From assembly GCF_036321535.1 (NCBI RefSeq), contig NC_087437.1, positions 122,576,001 to 122,640,000 of the forward strand: a stretch of 64,000 nucleotides of DNA. Reading direction: 5' to 3'. Each line of letters opens with the position of its first letter. Position 1 is the first letter of the stretch. The DNA is from Camelus dromedarius. Taxonomy: Eukaryota. Below, piece by piece: positions 47,965 through 59,512 of the stretch. Below the pieces are notes generated by a model. The model made no database searches. It saw only the letters and a program-made list of their open reading frames with translations, and was not told the origin of the DNA. Position numbers and translations under genes: made by a program.

Positions 47965-48580
47965 GTAAGGCATTTAGCCGAGAGTCATGTGCTGTGGTGC
48001 TGGTCTCGGGAGATGGTGGGTCTGGGGGTGATCACAGTGGGGGATGCCCATCCCCACCACACAGACCCCACGGCCAGACCTTGTCTTTGTCACTTTTCTC
48101 ATCGTCGTGATGGGCAGTGGGTGCTCTTATTACAGAACAGGAAGCGGAGGAGCAGGAAGGTGAGTCATATGCTGTGAGACGGCCAGTCAGTGAGAACAGA
48201 GCCCGTCCCAGCCCAGGAGACCCCCGGCTGCAGAGTTGCTGAGGGCCTTGCACCCACCGCAGTGCCTTGGCCATGGGCAGTGGTGTGAGGGCTGGAGTGA
48301 ATGTGTGGCTGGGTGGGCCACTGAAAGTCCTCTTCTTTAGACTCCAGGTTAATGTAGGAGAGAGAAGAAAATAATCAGATAGTTTCCCTTTACTTTGTAG
48401 CACCTATTTTGTGCTTTGTTTTATGCTCATTTTATGTGAAAAGTTGAAATGTTTGTTGTTAAAGTCTGTACCTGAAGGCCAGACTCTTGAAAATACTAAA
48501 TGATTATTAGGAAATACTGCATGTTGGTCAAACTGAAATGATTTATTACCTGATTGGTTTGTTTTCTTTGTCTTTTTCAG

Positions 48581-48613
48581 GTTGGGGAGAAAGTCTTTCC
48601 AATCTGGAGGTGA
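48581..48613 (+). CDS. PRMT2: PRMT2 last coding exon
   Basis: Strong polypyrimidine acceptor, then VGEKVFPIWR*. The spliced total is 434 aa. Confidence 0.96.
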   Translation, partial: VGEKVFPIWR

Positions 48614-49080
48614 CAGGGCAAACAAGCTCTGTCTGGAAGGCAGCGTGTGGTCCTGGAGGCTCGGACGTGACCAGCGAAGACGCGCCCGGATGGGAACGTG
48701 TCCTGTGAGCCGCCACTTTCTCTCTGATGGAGTGACAACAGCCTTGCCCCGGGCTCCACGGGCTTGCCGTGTCACTGCCCTGTCCGTCCCTAGAAGCAGG
48801 CTGTGTGCCTAGTGTCCACCTGTGGGTAGCTGGTGGCACAGTGTCCCTGAGCTAGGTCTAGTTCTGAGCTCACAGGACACAGACGTCAACCATGTCCTCC
48901 TGTGAAGGTGGCTGTTTGTGCACCGTGTGTCCATGTGCTCTTCCTGTCCCTGGCTCAGCCGCCCAGCTGTGGGGCGTGCGGGGCTGGAGGTGCAATGAAT
49001 GCGATGCGGCTCTGCATGGGGTGGTCCGGCTGTAGCGATGTCTTCCAGACGAATTACGTGTTGGCACATAGTACATGCTC

Positions 49081-49100
49081 AATAAATATTTTTTAATAAA
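49081..49100 (+). terminator. PRMT2: PRMT2 polyadenylation signals (AATAAA x2)
   Basis: AATAAA at 49081-49086 and 49095-49100, ~470 nt past the stop, with T/GT-rich sequence downstream. Confidence 0.75.
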
Positions 49101-49494
49101 TGAATGCTTCTGTGCACGTACAGTATTTTTTACTGGGTGGGTCAAACTGTGTGCATTGCTCTGTAACCTTTCTCATCTAATATTACAAAGAAACTTTCAC
49201 GCCAGTGGGTCCATGTCTAGGTTTTTGGGTGTGTGTCAATTTGACTTTCAGCTGTTTACTGGAATATAAAATCTATACCCCAGACCGCACGAGTTGTGAG
49301 CGTACAGATGGATGACATTCCACAAAGTAGACAAATATGTAGCCAGCGCTCAGGCCAAAACCCTTGCACACACTCGGGGTCCCAACTGGCCCTTCCTCTC
49401 AGAACCACCCCCAAGGTGGTGCCTGGCTTCTAAGACTGGAAGTGGCTTTAGCCTGGTTTCCAACACTGTATGAGTGGAATTGTATACTTAGTGA

Positions 49495-49815
49495 ATTTTC
49501 AGTAGACTGGATGTTCATGTCCTCCCCAAACTCATGTGCTGAAAACTAACCCCCAGTGTAGTGTTTGGAGGTGGTGAGGTCGTAAGGTGGTGCCCCGTGA
49601 AGGGGTTAGTGCCTTTATTATAAAGGGCCCCGCAGAGCTCTTGCCTGACCTACACGTGAGGGCCCAGCAGGAGCGTCCGCGAACCAGAGCACGCTTCCCA
49701 CCAGACGCTGGGCCGGGCCCTGATGTAGTAGGGACCTCCAGCCTCCATGACTCTGAGCACCCACGTCCACCCTCTGAGCCCTCCATGCGGTGTTCTTGGG
49801 GGCTGCCGGTCCCTC
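49495..49815 (+). mobile_element. MLT1A/B-like MaLR LTR
   Basis: GACTGGATGTTCATGTCCTCCCCAAACTCATGTGCTGAAA.CTAACCCCCAGTGT..TTTGGAGGTGG..TTAGTGCCTTTAT. Confidence 0.7.
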
Positions 49816-51109
49816 AGTGTCTGCCTTCTGTAGGTCATGTGTTTGTGAGATTCATCCATGAGCCGTGTGCTTCACCGTCTGCATGCACACAATGTACGTG
49901 TCTTATTCCAGTGTTGGTTGTTTTCGGTGTCCAGCTGTTATGACTGGGGTGAAGGGGAACATTTGTGTGTGTTTGGTGCACATATGTGTACACCTTTCTG
50001 TGTGTTGGTGCATGTGTGCGCACACATTTGTGTGGTGCACATGTGTTTACACATTTGTTTTCGGTACACACTTAGGAGTTCAGCTTCCCTAGAAATGACA
50101 GATGGTTGTGCAGAGTCAGAGGACCTGCGTCACTACAGCCCCCTGGGAAAGCTGCAAAGCGCCCGCCCTCGTCAACACGCACTGCGGGCCATGTTCTCTG
50201 GTGGGTGCCCACGCTGACGACCGAGGGTCCGTTTTCCTGAGGCAGCGTGGCTTCATGTACTCGCTGCTCATTAGGGTGCCCTGTTGTTGGAGTGCTTCTG
50301 AGGGCTTCTGCCTATTTTACTACTGAGGGTTGTTTTTTGCTTACTTTAAAGTGTTTTTGATAAACAGAAGTTTTAGCAAACTCAAAACTTAAATTTTGTC
50401 TAATTTGACATTACTTTTCTGTAAGGTTAACACTTGCTGTGTCCTGCTTAAGAAACCTTTGCCTGTTCCAAACCACTAAGATATTCTCCGACACTCTCTT
50501 TTACAGCTATGTTATTCCATCCTTTCCACTTAGATCAACTCTCTACCTGGAATTGATTTTTGCCATTGATGTGGAGGAGGATTAAGGTTTATTTTCCCAT
50601 GAGGTAAAAGCTTAGATTATTGATTTTCAATCTTTTTCCTTTTCTAATTCATGCATCAAAAACTGAATTTTCCCCTAGAACTGTTTTAGCTGCAACAACA
50701 TATTGTGATACACTTTCAGTGTCATGCAGTTCCAAATATTTCTAACTTCTGTTATGATTTCTTCTGTTGTACCACAGATTATTTAGAGGTGCACGGCTTA
50801 ATTTTAAAAGGTGGCACTTTCTAGTTACCTTTTCTTAGTGCTCTCTAGCTTAATTTCAGTGTGGTCGGAGAACAAACTCAAACTCTTGAGTGATTCCAGT
50901 GCTTTGAAATGTGTTGGCTCTTGTTTTATGACTCAGTGATACTGGTCATTTTCACATGTACTTGAAAAGAACGTGTGTTGGACTGTTGCTGAATATAAAG
51001 CTCTATGTATGTGGTTTAGACAAAGCTGTTGATTGTCGTGTTCAGCTAGTTGGATCTTGACTGACACTTTTGTCTGCTTATTCTATCAGCTACTGAGATG
51101 GAGGATTTA

Positions 51110-52200
51110 GAGCATTTTGGTCAACTTGGGTGGCCAACACAAAATGCCTTAGACTGTGTGGGTTAAACAACAGGAATTTAGTTCTCAGGAATTGAGTTCT
51201 GGAGGCTGGGAAGTCCCCGAGGTGCCAGCCAACCTGGTTCCCTGTGAGGACTGTCTTCTTGGCTTGCGGACGATGCCTTCTCGATGTGCTCTCTCGTGGT
51301 GAGGAGAGTGAGCTCTCTGGCGTCTCCTTGTAAGGACACCCACCCACTGGATCGGGGCTCCTCCTTTGTGACGTCATTGAACCATAGTTACTTCTTCGAA
51401 GCCCCATCTCCAAATACGGTCTCCTTGAGGGTTAGGGCTTTGCATTATAGTGAATGTCTGTTGCCCCAAGATTCATGTGTTGAAATCTAACCAACAAAGG
51501 GATGTGGTTAGATTATGAGGATGGAGCCCCAGGAATGGGGTTTGTGCCCATAAAAGAGGCCCAGAGAACAGCCTGGTCCCCTTCCTCTGGGTGGGGACAC
51601 AGCAGGGAGACTGAACAGGGAAGCGCGCCCTCACCAGATGAGTCTGCTAGTGCTTTGCTCTTGGGCTTCCCAGCTCCCAGAGCTGTGAGAAGTGAATTTC
51701 TGTTGTCTGTAAGCCGCCCCATCCATGACACTCTGCTGCAGCAGCTCAAAGACAAAGACAGGCCTCAGCGTAGGGACTCTGGAGGAACACAGCTTAGTCC
51801 ATAGCACTCTGCCCCGTGGCCCCCAAGTTAACGTCCTCATGTACAAAATGCATTCGTTCCATCCCAACAGTCCCCAGAGTCTTAACTCACTCCAGCATCA
51901 AGTCTGAAGTCCCAAGTCACATCTCAGTCTCATTAAAACTAAATATATGTGCGACTCAAGGTGGGATGCATCCAGAGGCAAAATTCCTCTTTCGCTGACC
52001 TGTGGAGCCAGACGAGCTGTGTGCTTCTGAAACACAGTGATGGAACAGGCGTACGATGGACTCTCCCATTGCAAAGGGGGACTTGGAAGGAATAAAAGGG
52101 GGACTTGAAAGGAAAAAAAGCCTGGTGGGCCCCAGGCTTGTCCAAAATCCAGCTACGCAAATCCAACTAGCTCTGAAGGCTGGACGATAATCCTCACTGG
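51110..52200. mobile_element. Nested MaLR: - strand MLT1 LTR plus internal part, interrupted by a + strand MLT LTR (~51445-51760)
   Basis: TTAAACAACAGGAATTTA.TTCTCA..GTTCTGGAGGCTGGGAAGTCC; CCCCAAGATTCATGTGTTGAAATCTAACC; MLT-int CAGTCCCCAGAGTCTTAACTCACTCCAGCATCAA. Confidence 0.7.
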
Positions 52201-53610
52201 ACGATTCACTCAGCTTCTTGAATCTGTATGTTTATTTCTCTTCCCAAATTTGAGAAGCCTACTTTGTGTGTGTTTTCATCACTCTCCTTCCATTTTCTGG
52301 GTTCTGGTGAACCTAAAGTTATATCTTTTTTATAGTCTCATGTGTAGTAGAGTTAATTCACTTACAAAATTTACTTTGGCTCTCAGTGGAAGAAAATTAC
52401 TTAATTAAATATTATATACTGTGATGATCATAGTTTCCAGATTTTGGTGACAGTTGGTATTTCCTGTCCCAGACTGAACACTAAATTCATAAAATTTAAA
52501 AAATATAATTATTCTGTAGTTAATTACACATAGACAAACCATAGTTTGCCAAGAGTTTTTAAGGAGTGAAAGTAGGCACTGGTAACAATTACACTAGGAC
52601 GTGGACACAAATCAGGACTGTCCTAGGCAAGTCAGGCACAAGGTCATCTTAGTAATGTGAGATTGATTTTAAGTGATTAGTGTAGGCTAATTATACCTAT
52701 AATTGTAACTATGTTGAGGGCTTTAAGGCACTTATCTTTATTATAATTAATGCAGTCATTATTTTAAAATTACCCATTATTTTATATTCTGTCTACTCAA
52801 ATCATAACATCAAGAGAGTAAGGGGATTGTTAAGTGATAAATATCAGTGTTACCAGGCATGAGATACTGTAGGATCACATTTTATAAAGCATTATAACAC
52901 TGTGCCTTAAAAGAACTACAGGACCCTGAATATTGGCCAAGCCAGTGTGTTTCTTTCTGTCTGCAACTCTTTTAAAATAAAATGTACACATCATAGCAAA
53001 AAAAAAAAAAAAAAAAAGGTAGTAGAGTTCTTTATATATCTTGGATATCACCGCCTTATCAGACGTATGATTTGCAAATAATTTCTCCCATTCTGTAGGC
53101 TGTCTTTTCATTTTGTTGATTGTTCCTTTTGCTGTGCAAAGGTGTTTTGGTTTGGTGTAGTCTTGCTGTTTTTTGCTATTGCTGCTTGTGCTATTATCGT
53201 TGAGGTGTCGATTCCAAAGTATCATTGTCAAGACTAATGTCAAGAGCCTTCCCCTGTTTCTTTGTAGGATTTTGTTGTGTGTGCTCGTCTCATTTGTCAA
53301 TAACCAATATTGTCTTTTCCAGGTTCAAATCTAGGATATATGAAACAAAACAAAAACAAGACAAAACAAACAAAAAGAAATCCACAACCAAGTCATTCCT
53401 TGTGTATCAAGTTTCTCCATATCGCGCTGTCTTCTTATTTTGTTTTGTATATAATTTCAGGGGTTTTAGTTATACTTAGAGGTAAGAATAGGAAAAAGAA
53501 TGTCTACTCCATCAGGTTTCTGTGGCAGATAACAGGATCTACTCTAGTTATTTTAAAGACAAAAGAAATTGAATTCTCTTTAAAAGTTTTCAGCTTTATT
53601 GAGGTATAAT

Positions 53611-53705
53611 TGACCCTAACTTTAACCCAAAGCCAAACCCAGTCAGAATCTTAACCCCAACCCCAAGCCCAGACTCAGAGCTGAACCCCTAACCCTGTCC
53701 CAAAC
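53611..53705. repeat. Degenerate CCCTAA-like hexamer tract
   Basis: GACCCT AACTTT AACCCA AAGCCA AACCCA ... AACCCC AACCCC AAGCCC ... AACCCCT AACCCT, with ~6-bp periodicity. Confidence 0.55.
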
Positions 53706-54415
53706 CGTCTACATGAACTCTTCCGCTGTGCTGTGTGCTGAGCATGCTGCCCTGTGGAGGAACCGGTAATTGTGAGACTCTCCCATGTGTCTTACATTCA
53801 GGGGTACCTAGATCATGGACATTGTGTTTTTGGCCTCCTTGATTTTTTAATCTTCAATTCAGAGCCCAAGTTCACCTGTATGCTCAATAGTCCTCAGGAC
53901 ATAAAAAAAATCTCTTAGGTGTTCTGAGATGCTGTTTATGTTTATGTCTTTTCACTTTATCTTAGATGCAGGTAAATAATTATTGCATAGTCTGAAGACA
54001 TTTCTGAATTGATATGCAAATATGAAGAATTTTATTTATTTTAAAAACTAAATACGTAGTATTTCTGACATCCCAAGGTATAGAGCACAATTTAAATAAC
54101 ACGCATATCTCATCACCTACTTTAGTGTCAGGGTTACCTTATACTCAAAAGTAACAGCATGTATCAATTTCTGTAATTTTATGATTTAATAATATTTCCT
54201 CTATTAAAAAGCATTCTACATTACTTATATGTTACTGTCTTCTAAAATTTTAAACCTTATACACACGACATCATAACCTAAGCCTTGTTAACTCAGTCCA
54301 GGGGGGAACTAAAATGTAACTCAGGTCATTGATAAACAGGTTACTCTGTCCTCAGGCACATTACTCCAGTGGTGCGAGGAATGCTAAGGAGTGGTCATAT
54401 GATCATTTAATTACT

Positions 54416-55345
54416 TTAGGAAGAGAAAATCCTCATCCTTGTTTTGATGTAATTTATCTCGGAAATTCTATTTTCATTTGTAATCAGCAAGAAAGGACAG
54501 ATGCTAGGGTAACATGATGCAATGAAATTACCAAAGTTCTCCAGGTGCCAGTTTTTCTTTTGCACAAAAATTAAATAAACAGTAAGAAAGGTATTGGTCC
54601 AGTGAAATAAAACAAAGCAGCTCACCAGGATGAGAATAACACTGGTAGCTTTGTTTTCAGGAGAGCCTCGTGAAGAGTGGATGGTACTGCGAACATGCTG
54701 AGCTATTTTGTGATGTCTGAAAAGAATATTCACCATGTAGATACTATTACATGTCATCAGAGAGAGAAAGAACAAATCTCGAGTGAATGTTGTGCTTAGA
54801 AATGTTGCTGCCAGATGTTGGTTATAGGCACTGGTTTTACAAGTAGCGGTGTAATACCCAGGACCAGCATGAGTGGCATTCCTGTTGGCCACAGTTCTTA
54901 AGATGATCTCAGTATAAATGATCATGTTGATGATCCAGGCAAAAAGTAAAGAGGGTTGAATAAACGTAGAAATTTTGGTTTTGATCCAGGCCCACTTACT
55001 ATTACTTGGAGTAATAGTCACAGCTTGAAATGTACTCTGGAGGGAGGTTGCGTACAGAGAAATACTTCGGGTAACTCTCTGAATGTAAAGCACTGTTTTA
55101 CATCCAATATCACCCATCTCGGGCCTAATTCCAAATGATAACATTATATTTGGGACCCCTCTGAATATGAGTGATAGGGTGTTAGCCAAAGTTAGGTGGG
55201 CAAGAATCGTATCTGCGGGCTTCTTCTTATGAGGGAGAATTAAGAAGATGTACATATACAACAAAAATAACAAGGAATTCCCCATGAACCCAATACAAAT
55301 TTGAAAGGTGAAGAAGATCCCAAAAATCACGTCACTGGAAATCAT
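54416..55345 (-). CDS. Vomeronasal type-1 receptor (V1R/VN1R family GPCR), intact single-exon ORF, 309 aa
   Basis: Seven hydrophobic segments and V1R signatures: GNSLLF, HLTLAN, GCK..LYIQRVTR..S.FQAVTITP.NSKWA..K, an ECL2 NAT sequon, RHH..AQHV, SPE.KAT..IL.LVS.FV, YPSICPFLLI. Splice acceptor tctatag| at 55391, just upstream of the ATG. Confidence 0.95.
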   Translation of the reverse strand: MISSDVIFGIFFTFQICIGFMGNSLLFLLYMYIFLILPHKKKPADTILAHLTLANTLSLIFRGVPNIMLSFGIRPEMGDIGCKTVLYIQRVTRSISLYATSLQSTFQAVTITPSNSKWAWIKTKISTFIQPSLLFAWIINMIIYTEIILRTVANRNATHAGPGYYTATCKTSAYNQHLAATFLSTTFTRDLFFLSLMTCNSIYMVNILFRHHKIAQHVRSTIHSSRGSPENKATSVILILVSCFVLFHWTNTFLTVYLIFVQKKNWHLENFGNFIASCYPSICPFLLITNENRISEINYIKTRMRIFSS

Positions 55346-56099
55346 AGTCTTTCAGTCTCTCTTAGATCTTCAAACCAAGATCAGCACGTCCTATAGACAG
55401 ATAATTTGATTACGAATGTAAAGATTCAGAATAACTGTGAATGTATTAATTTTCCAGGAGACTTCCTGCAAGATGGTCAAATGTTTAGCTACATCAGACC
55501 AAGGGACCATCAAGATACTTAAAGAGCAGAATTTAACGTTTATGAAAACAGAAAGTATCATATGTTTTCACCATTTATTCCAGTCAGTTTCTCTTAGAAA
55601 CGTTCTGCTGATTCTGAAGACTATCTTTATGTGTTAAGAGACAGTTTACTTAAAACTGTAACTCCTCTTACCGTTCTATGCATAGTGAATGCCAGTAGCA
55701 TCTGTACAATGATATTCTCTCAAATGTTTATTGTATTATATAGCTCATTTTTACAAATGAGCATATATAATTACTGAAGCATACATAAATATGTGGCACA
55801 AAACATATCTGACTTCAGTTATATTTTATTGTCACGTTTGTTATAAGGTTAACTAATATAAGATAAAAGAAGATATTATGGTCACATTCAAAATCAACGG
55901 CCAAGTTATAGATTACCTTCATCTCATTCTAAATCTCCAATCTGAAGCGTGGGCTCCACTGATCTGCTGAGACTAGAGAGTTCAGAATTACCCTAATCTC
56001 CCTGCAGTCAGTTCACACACACTGCAGTGCCTTCTACTGCCTACCGATGTGTCTCGTGACTCCTGTATCCTTCTACTCGACTGTTCCCTTTAATCATAA

Positions 56100-56480
56100 A
56101 TTGAGACTGATGATGCCACTGACAGGTCAAGGGGTAGGGAGAGGCTTGTCATTCACATGCTGAGGCTCTGTCCGGGAGAGCAGGACAAAGCTCCCGAGAT
56201 GATCTCAAAACGGCTAGAGCAGGAGTATAAAGGAAATTGGTCTGGGTTTTTTTTTTTTTTATTTTTTATTTTTTTTTATTGTGATCCAGATGCGGCCTGG
56301 GTGAGGGCTCACACCTGCCAGCAGGGGCTGAATGCTTTGAATCTCTTACTTGCACCAAAGGAGGGAGCCCTTAGATTCCTTATCAGTTTGACCAGACATG
56401 AGTCACGGGGAAAAAGTGAGTACACATGCCTAAAAGCTGACAGCAAGCATCCAAAAAACAGAGTCAGTCTTATTATTACA
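56100..56480. mobile_element. Possible solo LTR upstream of the V1R
   Basis: A ~380-bp block starting TG.. and ending TTACA, compositionally distinct from its flanks. Family not identified. Confidence 0.35.
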
Positions 56481-56525
56481 ACTATTCACCCACTGGTATA
56501 GCTGAAATTTTAAAAGTGACACTTT

Positions 56526-57185
56526 TTATATATTGCTGGATTCAACTGGCTGATATTTAGCTTGGAATTTTTGTGTCGTGTTCATGAGAGAGAGTGGTCT
56601 GTCATTTTCTGATCGACTATTGACATGAATACAGGTGGCCTTAAAAAGTGATTCAGTAAGTGTTCCTTTCCCTTGCATTTTGTGGGAGAGCTTGTGTAGA
56701 ACTGGTATTTTTCTATAAGCGTTTGGCATATTTGCTACTGAAACCATCTGGATCTGGAGTTTTTCAAAAGGTTTTTAAACATAACTTCAGTTTTTTTAAT
56801 AGGCACAAGGTATTCAGGTTACCTAGTTCTTCTGAGTGACTTTTGGTGGCTTGTCCTTGGAGGAATCGGTCCACTTCGTGTGAGTTATCAGACTGACAAG
56901 CTTGAGTCGGTTGTGGCATTCGTGCTCTCACTAGTGTTTAAGTGCCTCGGGGATCATTAGTTATGTTCTTGCTCGTTCCTGTTCTGTATCTTATGTCTTC
57001 TCTTTTTCTCTTGGCCAAACTGTCTAGAGGTTTACGAACTTTCTTGATCTTTGATATTCTCTACTGTTTTCCTGTGCTCTGAGTTCATAGATTTCTGCTC
57101 TGATCTTTATTATTTATGTTCTTACAGTTGCTTTAAGTTTAATTTCCTCTGCTTTCTTGGGTTGCCTACGGTGGAAGCTTAGGTA
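56526..57185 (-). mobile_element. L1 ORF2 fragment
   Basis: Antisense L1 motifs, e.g. GAAACCATCTGGATCTGGAGTTTT and the peptide RPLSLMN. Confidence 0.75.
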
Positions 57186-57584
57186 TGAAAACTGAGCTGA
57201 AACTAGCAGTTCCTACTGTATCTCAAATACTTTGGGTCTGAAATTCATTATCTTAGAGGATTTTAGTCTCTGTTTACAACATCTGTGGCTGCACGGCACA
57301 GGGGATGTTGGCTATTTCCAGGCATGACATCTAACAGGGGGAAGAAGACTTCAAAAAGTGGCCTCAAAATGCCTCCATGTCATTGTCATTAACGCTCCTC
57401 CCACCTCTGCCTCATGCCCAGGTACCCCAGGGACCCATTCAGGTGACACCAAACTGCCCCTATTACTGTTGTAGCCTATCTGGAGAAGAGACTGGCTGGT
57501 CTGTCCATTTCTACTTCCACCCCCAGGTGGAAAGGGCAGGGTGAATCACAGTTTGAACAGGGTCAGAACAAACTGAACCCAGCA

Positions 57585-59512
57585 CCATACTAAAAGGATG
57601 GCATGCTACAATCAGGTGAAATCTTTCCCAGAAGTGCAAGAGTGGTTCAACATGTGAAGATCAGTGTAATAGGCCACATCAATGCACTGAGGGAAAAATC
57701 CACGTGATCATCTCAATAATGTTTCAAAAGAATTTGAAAAAGTTAGCATCTGTTCCTGAAAAAACAAACAAAAACAAACAAACAAAAAAAACAAACCAAA
57801 ACAACAGCACTCAATAATCTAGGAGTAGAGGAGAACTTCCTCAACACAAGAGAGGACATATATGAAAAAACCTGAATGCAGCACCGTACTAGCAGGTGAA
57901 AGACTGAAAGCTTCCATTCTCCTCAGATCAGGCACAAGACAGAGATGCCTCCTCTCACAACTTCCATTCAACACTGCGCTATAATTTTCAGCCATAGCAA
58001 TTTGTCAGGAAAAAGAAATGAATTGTCAGTATTGGAAAGGAAAAGGAAAGCTATGTCTGTTCATAGATGACATGATGCTGTATGTGGAAAACCCTAAAGA
58101 ACCTGCCAAAAAGAAGACATTTCTTGAACTAACACATGAATTTAGCAAAGTTGTAGGATCCAAGATCAACACACAAAATTCAATTGTATTTCTATACCCC
58201 AGCAATGAACAACCCCCCCAAATTAAGGAACGGAATTTACAATAGTGTTAGAAAGAATGTAATGCCTAGGAATGAACTTAACCAAGGAGGTGAGAGAGTT
58301 ATACACTAAATCTAATAAACACAGTAGTAAGAAATTAAAGAAGGCCCAGATGAGCCAATATACACCCTATGTCCATGGTTTGGGAGACTCAGTGTCGTGA
58401 TGGTGGCAGTGCTCCTTGACGTGACCTACAGCTTCAAGTCTGTTCTTACCCACATCCCAGTGTCCATTTTGCAGAAATGGAAAATCTGATACTAGAATTT
58501 CTATGGAATTTCAAAGGACCTTAAATTGCCAAAGCAATCTTAAAAAGAACAAAGTTGGAGGACTCACATTTCCTGATTTTCAAACTTTCTACAAAGCTGC
58601 AATAACTAAATAGTGTAATACAGGCACAAGGCTAGAGATATCAGTGAGTGGAAGAGGAGAGAGAATCCAGAGATAAACCTGTACATCTGTGATCAGGTGA
58701 TTTTTGACAAGGATGCCAAGACAATTCAGTGGGGGAAAGAACAGTGTCCAGTGCTGGACAACAGAATACCTGCATGCAAATGAGTGATGCTGGGCCTTTA
58801 TTTCACATCATATACAAAACTTAACCCCAAATAGATCAAATAACTAAACTGAAGAGCTATAAAACTCTTAGAAGAAACAAAGAGCAAATCTTCATGTACT
58901 TGAATTTGGCAATGGTGTCCTAAATATGACATTCAAAGCGCAAAACAACACAAGGAAAAAACAGATAAATTGGATTTCACAATATTAAAAATTTGTGTAC
59001 ATCAAAGGACACTATAAAGCAAGTGAGGAGACTACTCAGAGTGGGAGAAATTATTAGCAAATAATATATCTGATAAGGGTCTAGGAGCTGAAATATGTAA
59101 AACATTGTTACAGCTCAACAACAACAAGACAAACAACCCAGTTAATACACGGGCACAGACACTGAACAGAGACTTCTCCAGGAAAGATACTCATAATGCC
59201 AATAAGAACATGAAAAGATGACCAACCCCATTATTCTTTAGAGAAATGCAAATCAAAGCCACAAAGGGATGCCACCTCAAGCCCATTAGGATTGTCATAA
59301 TCCAAAAGAAGGAAAATATGACACATGCGTGGAGAAGCTGGCACCCTTCAGACATTGTTGGTAGAAAGGTGAAGTGGTTCTGCCTTCACAGAAGAGAATT
59401 CAGTGAGTCTTCCATAAGTAAAACACAGAATTACTACATGATCCAGCAACTGTACAACTAGGCATATACTCAAATAAAAGGAAACAGATGTTCAAACAGA
59501 AACTTGTGCACA
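57585..59512 (+). mobile_element. Older L1 ORF2 (RT to C-terminus), degraded
   Basis: [34 protein letters not shown] and MQIKAT..HL.PIR. Interrupted at 59512 by a younger L1. Confidence 0.88.

Noticed and set aside
49960..50065. TG/CA-rich quasi-palindromic tract
   Set aside because: Degenerate (TG)n low-complexity sequence; its self-complementarity follows from composition.
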